64,000 nt of DNA from a virus (taxonomy: Duplodnaviria; Heunggongvirae; Uroviricota; Caudoviricetes). Under the pieces are notes generated by a model. That model worked only from the letters and a program-made list of their open reading frames with translations, did no database searches and was not told where the DNA came from. Numbering within the stretch: the first letter of the stretch is position 1; every line of letters starts with the position of its first letter. Below, piece by piece: positions 8,870-15,649 of the stretch. Where the stretch lies: IMG/VR virus record IMGVR_UViG_3300012943_000028, positions 64,001-128,000 of that record; one strand, written 5' to 3'. Made by a program: the position numbers and the translations under genes.

Positions 8870-9286
8870 TTATGTTAACTGGTCGTCATACCTGCGGATC
8901 AAAACGGCCTGCTCTCTCAAGGCCTGGATTTCCCAAGGCCGCTGGCTGAATGGAACCTTGTCGAACTCGTATCGCTTGCCTCGCCACAGCGCCGTACGTG
9001 GGCTATGTCTGAGCAGACCTCTAGCGATCTGCTTCACATGCACAAACTCGTGGCAGATCGTGGTGCCGAGTTCTGATGGTGGGATTTTGTCGAGGTTGAG
9101 AAGGACGAAGACGTGGTCCTTTTTGGTGTGCGCCGTGCAGGCGAAAACCTTTGAGCGCTTTTGCGTGGCCGACACGATCACTGTGTAGCGGCTGTTGGTC
9201 AGACCGAGCTGTTCAATGCAGTACTCGCTGACAGACTTGATGTACCTCGCGCGGTAGTCCTTACCGCAGAAAACGGTGAGCTTCAT
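8870..9286 (-). CDS. HExxH zincin-like metallopeptidase
   Basis: TICHEFVHVKQ...PWEIQA. Confidence 0.8.
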   Translation of the reverse strand: MKLTVFCGKDYRARYIKSVSEYCIEQLGLTNSRYTVIVSATQKRSKVFACTAHTKKDHVFVLLNLDKIPPSELGTTICHEFVHVKQIARGLLRHSPRTALWRGKRYEFDKVPFSQRPWEIQALREQAVLIRRYDDQLT

Positions 9287-9462
9287 TCTTCTGACCAGAC
9301 AAGCGTCAGGCGAAACTTCCCCTTTGCAATTCCATGCTCATCCGCTGGAACATCTTCGGCAGCACCATTGAAATGTGGGTCGAGTGCCTCACTGAGGTCT
9401 CGCTCCATATCGATGATGCCTTCACCGTAGTAATCCATCTCGAGAAGCGTGATTGTTTTCAT
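9283..9462 (-). CDS. hypothetical protein
   Basis: 59 aa ORF, ATGA-coupled to the peptidase. Confidence 0.6.
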   Translation of the reverse strand: MKTITLLEMDYYGEGIIDMERDLSEALDPHFNGAAEDVPADEHGIAKGKFRLTLVWSEE

Positions 9463-9475
9463 GGTCTTTACCCTC

Positions 9476-9503
9476 AAAAGGAGGGGCCCTTTCGAGCCCC
9501 TCC
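9476..9503 (-). terminator. rho-independent terminator after flotillin gene
   Basis: GGAGGGGCTC-GAAA-GGGCCCCTCC-TTTT. Confidence 0.85.
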
Positions 9504-9518
9504 AGTTTCAATCAGCCG

Positions 9519-10901
9519 TTAGGCTGAGGTCGTGCTGTCTTCCTTGCCGCCGGTCGCCTTACCGACCGTCACGAGCTTTTCGAAGATCGCTGCGCCAGCA
9601 GGAGTCTGCTTGAACGCTTCGACCATACCTGCCAGGCTGGTGCCACCCTTCGTCGTGAAAAGGTCCATCAGCTTGGTCACGCCGCCACCGACATCACCAG
9701 AGTTGGCGATGACCTTGAGGTCGCCCTTTGCAAGGGCTTCGGCCTGCGCCACGCCAACGACCTGGTCCTTCTTGACCATTTCGATCTTGACGAGGTAGTC
9801 CTGGTAGCCAGGGTTCGAACCAATCTCGCGAGCGAGCTCGATCTGCGTGGTGATCGGAGCCATGAGGATGGCCTGCTCTGCAGTACCCTTTGCCTTACCT
9901 TCAGCTTCGATACCCTGTGCTTCAAGGCGCTTGGCCTCAAGAGCACCGGTGGCGATCGTAACCGTCTGCTTGGCGGTACCTTCGGCCTCGATGACGGCCG
10001 TCTTGGCTTCCTGTTCGGCGATAACCACCGCCACGTCCTTGTTGATTTCGGCCTGACGAACTTCGTTCACCTTCTTCACGGCCATGTCCTTCTCGGCGGT
10101 CGTTGCAGCTTCAGATGCGATCTGCTGAAGCGACTTCTGCGCTGCGATACCGACCTGCTGTTCCTTCTCGGCAGTACGGATACCGACCTGCTGCTGAGCT
10201 TCCTGATCACGAAGCTGAACGATCTGCTTCGCAGCAATTTCTGCCAGCTCAGCTTCACGCTTGTTGTTCGCAACCTGAACGCGCGACTGCATCTCGATTT
10301 CCGACTTCTTCTTCTCCATGATCTGCTTGATCACCTGAGAATTGCCGCTGTCGTTGATGTTCATGAACTCGATGTTCTTGACTGTCGTGACACCCCAGTT
10401 CTTGAGGTTGTTGTTCACTTCCTGCGTGAACGCTTCACCGAACTCGCTGCGGCCTTCGAGAATCTGCTCGATCTCCGACTTGGCGAGAATGGAACGGCAG
10501 GCGCCCTGCAGAATACCAACGAGCTGAGCGTTCAGCTGCTGGAAGTCACTGATGCGCTGGGCGGCGAGGACGGCGTCTTCGATGCGGAAGAACGACATAA
10601 CGTCCACAACGAATGGCAGACGACCCTTGTCGTACGCTTCATAGTCCTTCAGGGTCACCTGAAAGTTGGACACTGGCAGCTTGATGGCGGTGATACCGAG
10701 GACCGGCAGCCATGAAGGCCATGAGTAGTACACGTTGCCCGAAGTCTGGTCCTTACCGTAAACGGTAGACTTCTTCTTCGACTGTACGATGTGCACGTCG
10801 TTTGTCGAAACGACGGTACGGAAGCTGATAGCGACTATCAGCGCAATGATGATGAAGGCAGCGACGCCAGCACCAAGCATCCAAACGGGAATACCAAACA
10901 T
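9519..10901 (-). CDS. SPFH/band 7 flotillin-like membrane protein
   Basis: N-terminal TM, SPFH domain, long EA/AE-rich coiled coil. Confidence 0.9.
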   Translation of the reverse strand: MFGIPVWMLGAGVAAFIIIALIVAISFRTVVSTNDVHIVQSKKKSTVYGKDQTSGNVYYSWPSWLPVLGITAIKLPVSNFQVTLKDYEAYDKGRLPFVVDVMSFFRIEDAVLAAQRISDFQQLNAQLVGILQGACRSILAKSEIEQILEGRSEFGEAFTQEVNNNLKNWGVTTVKNIEFMNINDSGNSQVIKQIMEKKKSEIEMQSRVQVANNKREAELAEIAAKQIVQLRDQEAQQQVGIRTAEKEQQVGIAAQKSLQQIASEAATTAEKDMAVKKVNEVRQAEINKDVAVVIAEQEAKTAVIEAEGTAKQTVTIATGALEAKRLEAQGIEAEGKAKGTAEQAILMAPITTQIELAREIGSNPGYQDYLVKIEMVKKDQVVGVAQAEALAKGDLKVIANSGDVGGGVTKLMDLFTTKGGTSLAGMVEAFKQTPAGAAIFEKLVTVGKATGGKEDSTTSA

Positions 10902-10919
10902 CTTTTTCTCCTTACAAAG

Positions 10920-11222
10920 TTACAAATCGTTCAAAACAACGGCTTTGAGCTTGCTGAGCTGCCCATCTGGTGCTTCGGCGTGGAACACCCACTTAACGAA
11001 GCTGTCATCTTCAGCCCTCTCGGCTTCTTTCAAAACGAAAAACAAAACACGACCGGTCTTACCCGATCGGATACCGAACCCAATGTCAAGTGAATCTTCC
11101 CACAGCGTTCGCAAAACGCCTGGCACCTTTGTGATCGTTGATGTGAAGGTACCAGCTGCGGCATCGTACGTGAAGTCGCTAGATGGATAAACCTTTCCGG
11201 CGATGAGCCTAAGATTTTCCAC
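10920..11222 (-). CDS. hypothetical protein; paralog of the C-terminal module of 14394..15335
   Basis: Shares F.YD....TF, W.D..D.GFGIRS..T, W.FH, KA.V.ND with that module. Confidence 0.75.
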   Translation of the reverse strand: MENLRLIAGKVYPSSDFTYDAAAGTFTSTITKVPGVLRTLWEDSLDIGFGIRSGKTGRVLFFVLKEAERAEDDSFVKWVFHAEAPDGQLSKLKAVVLNDL

Positions 11223-11484
11223 GTTGAGACCTACGGAGGTAGATCAGAAGACTGATCCACACTATGTTGGCTGCCATTATAGCAAGACCACCGATGAAAG
11301 AAAACCATTGGTCAAGGTGAGGGTAGAAGAACAGGTTCCACACGCCCCAGGCCGCAAAGAAGATTGTCGACAGGATGGAGACGCCGTGTGCCTGCTTGGA
11401 TTTCCACAGCACACGACAGTGATTGAGGATGAACAATGATCCAAGCGCCTCGAAGGCGCCGTTCACGAGATCAGGAGCTGCCAT
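11209..11484 (-). CDS. 3-TM PQ-loop/SemiSWEET-like membrane protein
   Basis: 91 aa, three hydrophobic helices, 'K.K...GVS' loop, W..Y and N in TM3; the PQ motif itself is absent. Confidence 0.5.
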   Translation of the reverse strand: MAAPDLVNGAFEALGSLFILNHCRVLWKSKQAHGVSILSTIFFAAWGVWNLFFYPHLDQWFSFIGGLAIMAANIVWISLLIYLRRSQRGKS

Positions 11485-11511
11485 TTGAATCTTCTTAGAA
11501 TGAGAGATTCA

Positions 11512-11541
11512 ATTGTAGCCTAAGTGCAACCGCCGTTACAA
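11512..11541 (-). promoter_or_regulatory. sigma70-like early promoter
   Basis: TTGTAA-18nt-TACAAT, same pattern as 8833..8862. Confidence 0.55.
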
Positions 11542-11544
11542 CCT

Positions 11545-13197
11545 TCACAGAATCGCAAATGGTACCGCTTCATCGCCGAATTGGTCGTCACTTTCACCAA
11601 CCACGTCTGAATCAGGATCAACAGACTCGTAGACGATCTTGCGCGCGCGCTCATCGTAACCTGCAACACGGTTGAGAACCTTCATGACGATGATCATGGC
11701 CATGATGGCGTCGTCGGTGGTACCCTGCTTGGCAACGTATGTGCCGCCCTTCGAGATGAAATTCTGCAGCTCAAACAGCAGAAGGTCTGAGTTGATGCGA
11801 AGGCCGATGTCTGGTCCCTTCTCAACGAGGTTCTTCATCTGCATACATGAGAGCAACTTCGTCTTGCCGGTCGTGTAGCAGCCAAGGCGCTTGTCGTTCT
11901 CATTGTAGAGATCAACGCCGTCAAGGTAAACACCACCGTCTGGCGCCTCATCGTTCTGAATCATGGCAACAAGGGATTCACCCACGCCGTTACGCTCGAA
12001 CGACCACACTATGTCGGCCTTACCACCCTGCACGCCAGTCTTTCTCAGGTACTTGAACAGCCACTTGAGCTTTGCGTAGATGAGCGGGATGTTGACGGAG
12101 TTCAGGCGTAGCTCGGCGATCTGCTCCATCTTCGGGAACTCAACGACCTGAATGACAGTGAAGTCCTGGCCGTTGCCGGTTCCAGGGTCTACGCCAATGA
12201 GGTACGTCTTGTTGCGGCCACCGATCTCCTCGTCGGTTCTCCAGAAGCGGAAGCCCATGTTCTTTGAAACAGGCTGACGTGCCTTGAGGAACGACAGCTT
12301 GAAGGAGTCGATGAGCATTGCGTCTGACGAGATGAACTCGCACAGAACTTCCTGGCGGAAGCCGATTGGACCAAGCTCTGCCTGCATCTGGCGCAGGTAG
12401 GCCTGTCCACGGTCTGGGTGGCGGCTCCATGGGAAGAACACCGGCTTGAAGGTAGTGACTGGTGTGCCGTCATCCTGCTTCTTGGCCATCTCTTCGGCAG
12501 GAATTTCGGTGATGGCATCTGGGCCGTTCTCATCCACCTCAGAAGCATTGGCGTTGCGCCACAGCGTTGCGAATAGATCGGTATCGCCGTTCGGCGTTGA
12601 GGAGATGATGGCCTCACCACCAGTAGACAGGGTTGGTGCAAGCGAGCGCCACATGGCGGTCTGAATGCGTGGGTTGATGAACGCCAACTCGTCGAGGTAC
12701 AGCTTGGAAATTGCGAGACCACGACCCGTCTTTTCAGTCGTAGCTTCTGACTTGATGCGTGAGCCGTTGTCGAACTCAATGTTGTGCTTGTTGTAGTAGC
12801 GGCACCCAGCCTTGAGCCAGTGTGGCACTTCCTCGTACGCAAAGCGGATACGGTCCATGATCTCCATAGCGTGCGAGTTGTTCTTCGACGCAATGACTAT
12901 CGTCTTGTCCTTGTGGAACATGGCGTACCAAAGGAGGAACATGGAGATTGTCTGAGTCTTACCCATCTGACGCGAGATGAGAGCGATGACTCGCTTTTCT
13001 TGATGGATCATCTTTACGAGCTCTTCCTGGTAGTCGTAAAGATTGAAGAGCATCTTGCCCTTCGTTGGGTGCTGCAGCCAGACGTAGTTACGAATGAAGT
13101 AGACGGGATCGCGCTGACAGCGAATCAGCTCTTGAATCTTGTCTGGCGTGTACTCGGATTCGGCGTACGCGCGCTTGATGAGGTTGTTGCCGGCCAC
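11545..13197 (-). CDS. gp17: terminase large subunit
   Basis: LYDYQ, SRQMGKT, LYLDE.AF, SSTPNG, FRQE..CEF, GVDPGTG.G.D, DDAIMA. Confidence 0.97.
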   Translation of the reverse strand: MAGNNLIKRAYAESEYTPDKIQELIRCQRDPVYFIRNYVWLQHPTKGKMLFNLYDYQEELVKMIHQEKRVIALISRQMGKTQTISMFLLWYAMFHKDKTIVIASKNNSHAMEIMDRIRFAYEEVPHWLKAGCRYYNKHNIEFDNGSRIKSEATTEKTGRGLAISKLYLDELAFINPRIQTAMWRSLAPTLSTGGEAIISSTPNGDTDLFATLWRNANASEVDENGPDAITEIPAEEMAKKQDDGTPVTTFKPVFFPWSRHPDRGQAYLRQMQAELGPIGFRQEVLCEFISSDAMLIDSFKLSFLKARQPVSKNMGFRFWRTDEEIGGRNKTYLIGVDPGTGNGQDFTVIQVVEFPKMEQIAELRLNSVNIPLIYAKLKWLFKYLRKTGVQGGKADIVWSFERNGVGESLVAMIQNDEAPDGGVYLDGVDLYNENDKRLGCYTTGKTKLLSCMQMKNLVEKGPDIGLRINSDLLLFELQNFISKGGTYVAKQGTTDDAIMAMIIVMKVLNRVAGYDERARKIVYESVDPDSDVVGESDDQFGDEAVPFAIL

Positions 13198-13252
13198 TAT
13201 CGCTCCTATATGGCGGGAACACGTCTGACGTTTTAACTAACCCGCAGGTTAG

Positions 13253-13259
13253 TATTTAA
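13253..13259 (-). promoter_or_regulatory. late promoter-like TTAAATA
   Basis: NTAAATA motif upstream of terL. Confidence 0.5.
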
Positions 13260-13550
13260 TCAGCGCTCAACCTGTTCGTTGAGAATATCGTTGTCGCTGA
13301 TCTTAAGCTCGCCAGCAGTCTTGAGGTCCTTGCGGATAACAGCATAGCGAGTGAGCTCCTTCTTGAGGAACGCTATCTGACTAGGGCGTGGCTGCTTCTT
13401 ATGCTGCGCAACGTACTTTCTGACTGCAGCATCTGCCATGTGATCGATGACGTCAGCGTAGTGCTGGACGCGTGCCTGGTCTACGGTCGCATGCATGCGA
13501 ATCGGCTTGCCCTCATCGTCATGGATTCCTATACCATCAATACGGTTCAT
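13260..13550 (-). CDS. hypothetical protein
   Basis: 96 aa ORF in a coupled chain. Confidence 0.65.
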   Translation of the reverse strand: MNRIDGIGIHDDEGKPIRMHATVDQARVQHYADVIDHMADAAVRKYVAQHKKQPRPSQIAFLKKELTRYAVIRKDLKTAGELKISDNDILNEQVER

Positions 13551-13711
13551 AGCGCAGAGTGAATCCGGAGCTGTGAAGCCTGAAGGGCCTTGAGTGAAGG
13601 CTTGTCCTTCTTCATACGATAGCGGCGTGTCTTTTCACCGAGGTCCCACACCATGCGCTCGATCTTCTTTGCCGAGCATTCAAGTAGGAACTGCTTGAAC
13701 GTGGTCTTCAT
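13547..13711 (-). CDS. 54 aa basic putative internal head protein (not in ORF track)
   Basis: MKTTFKQFLLE|CSAKKIERMVWDLGEKTRRYRMKK...; capsid-targeting-like leader; coupled to neighbours. Confidence 0.6.
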   Translation of the reverse strand: MKTTFKQFLLECSAKKIERMVWDLGEKTRRYRMKKDKPSLKALQASQLRIHSAL

Positions 13712-13712
13712 G

Positions 13713-14384
13713 TTACTGACGAGCGAGCTGCTTCCAGATCACGAGAGGCATCTGTGCAAGGTCCGTGAACATCTTGTCACCACCACGACGAAGAACGATT
13801 TGCTCATTTGGAAGAAGCATGACACGGTAGTCGCCGGCCTTGGCGATCATGCGTGGCTCTTCGACGTCGTCAGTGTTCTCATCTGCCTCATTCACGCGCT
13901 CCTCATCGTAAAAGCCGTAAACGTCCTTGAGGTCGGCAATGAGCTCACGCATTGATTCGAAGTAACCATCAGCACGCTCCTTAAAGTCCTCATCATCTTC
14001 ATCATCAGAGGTATAGGCGTTCTGGAATTCCTTGTTGACGGCATCAAACTGCTTCTTGATTGCGTCTGCCTTCTTCTTGTCTTCCTTAGCGGCCTTCTTG
14101 TAGTGCTTCTCAAAGTCTGTAGCGAGATCAGCCTGGTCATCTTCAACGCTCTCAAGGGTTGGAACATGGGCGAGCTTGATCAGGTTCTTGAGCGCCTCGT
14201 CGCTGAGGCCCTTGGTGATACCATCGTCGTCTGTATCACGCACCATCTGCATGATCTTGGCAACATCGTCGCTTGAGAACTTGCCCTTCTTATGCATGCG
14301 GGCATTGAAGTGGATGAGGTCATTGATGCGCTTCTTGGTAGAAGTCTCTGACGACATCTTGTGAAGTTCTTTTAGAAGTGACAT
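13713..14384 (-). CDS. putative internal head protein
   Basis: MSLLKELH leader; internal TLE|S and VNE|A sites. Confidence 0.6.
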   Translation of the reverse strand: MSLLKELHKMSSETSTKKRINDLIHFNARMHKKGKFSSDDVAKIMQMVRDTDDDGITKGLSDEALKNLIKLAHVPTLESVEDDQADLATDFEKHYKKAAKEDKKKADAIKKQFDAVNKEFQNAYTSDDEDDEDFKERADGYFESMRELIADLKDVYGFYDEERVNEADENTDDVEEPRMIAKAGDYRVMLLPNEQIVLRRGGDKMFTDLAQMPLVIWKQLARQ

Positions 14385-14393
14385 GCTAGTTCC

Positions 14394-15335
14394 TTAATCG
14401 TTCCAGACAATTGCCTTGACACCATTTAGCTTTGGATCGCGGCTGTAGTTGTACACATGGAAGGTCCAGTGAGTGATATCACCTTCACCGTCTTTGTGTT
14501 CCTGCATTGACGTGAAGGCGGCAAGATCATCAGTGCGGATTGATCTGATACCAAAACCTTCATCAGCAGCATCGTTCCAGATGCGACCTTTCCAATTACG
14601 GCCCAGCGATGAAGCTTCAGCGCTGAACGTCTTATCACCCTTGTCATAGTGAAACAGCCTTGAGCTGTGGACAGGGCCGATGAAATGTGGCTCATGGTGC
14701 TTTGGGATTCCAGCCTCAGCAAGACTTTCATACTGACTTGGATGACCCATTGGGTCTTCAAAGTGATCATCGCTGTTGAGGTGGTCTTCAATCTGGCGCA
14801 TTGATGGCGCATTGTACGCCTTCAAGAAGTGGTCAACCTCATGCTCACCAAGTGGTCCCTTCTTCTCAGCTGACTTGCCAAATCCCTTTGGATAGATGTA
14901 GAAGTCGCCGAATGCCTGCTCGATGTGGATCGTCTCACCGCCCTTGCTGACAGTGAAGCGCTCGATGCGAGTTGGATCAGAACCGCGCGTGTTGTAATGG
15001 TGCGTTGAAACACTCCATCCGTCCATGTCAGCGCTTTCAGTCACCTTCTCATGTTCCTTTGGAAAGAAGTAGGTTGACTTTTTGTTCTGCTGTTCCTTAG
15101 GAGGAGAGACGCGAGCGTACTTGTCACCACGATAGGTGAACACTTCAACTACCCATGGGCCTTCAGCGGTGTCAACGAACTTGTGCGACACGCGCTTGGC
15201 CTTCATCAACGTAGCGGCATCTGCCTCTGACGTTGTGTCAAGCTCATCAGTACCAAGGGCAGCACGAACCATCTTGAGGATTTTGTCCTCAATTAGCGCC
15301 TCAGCAACGAACGTCTTAAATGAGTTCTTGCTCAT
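14394..15335 (-). CDS. putative internal head polyprotein (3 modules)
   Basis: MSKNSFKTFVAE|A leader; VTE|S and LAE|A junctions. Confidence 0.65.
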   Translation of the reverse strand: MSKNSFKTFVAEALIEDKILKMVRAALGTDELDTTSEADAATLMKAKRVSHKFVDTAEGPWVVEVFTYRGDKYARVSPPKEQQNKKSTYFFPKEHEKVTESADMDGWSVSTHHYNTRGSDPTRIERFTVSKGGETIHIEQAFGDFYIYPKGFGKSAEKKGPLGEHEVDHFLKAYNAPSMRQIEDHLNSDDHFEDPMGHPSQYESLAEAGIPKHHEPHFIGPVHSSRLFHYDKGDKTFSAEASSLGRNWKGRIWNDAADEGFGIRSIRTDDLAAFTSMQEHKDGEGDITHWTFHVYNYSRDPKLNGVKAIVWND

Positions 15336-15649
15336 TCACCACCTGCTGGGGCTGCTGCACCGCCGTCACCGGCAGGTGGAGTTGGGAAACTGCCTGGGGC
15401 TGGAGGAGGTGGAGGACCTGGTGGCTGTGGCTGTGTACCGTGGTTGTGACAGTTGTGGCCGTGACCGCCGGCCCATGGCATGCCAGGGCGGAAGCGTGGA
15501 CCAAGCCAACCGAGGTAGTAAGGAGGAAAGAGCGATGGCTTCTTAGCAGCCTTCTTTTTCTTCTTTTTCTTCTTCTTTTTTGCCTCGCTCAGAAGCTCAT
15601 CAGGAGTTCCTTCAATCTCGAGGAACTCTTTGAAAGTTGTGTTAGCCAT
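15332..15649 (-). CDS. poly-Lys / Pro-rich putative internal head protein
   Basis: MANTTFKEFLE...LLSE|AKKKKKKKKKKAAKK, then Pro-rich tail. Confidence 0.6.
   Translation of the reverse strand: MANTTFKEFLEIEGTPDELLSEAKKKKKKKKKKAAKKPSLFPPYYLGWLGPRFRPGMPWAGGHGHNCHNHGTQPQPPGPPPPPAPGSFPTPPAGDGGAAAPAGGE

Noticed and set aside
12455-12545. ~30 aa acidic insertion in TerL
   Set aside because: Too short for an intein and lacks splicing residues; likely a surface loop
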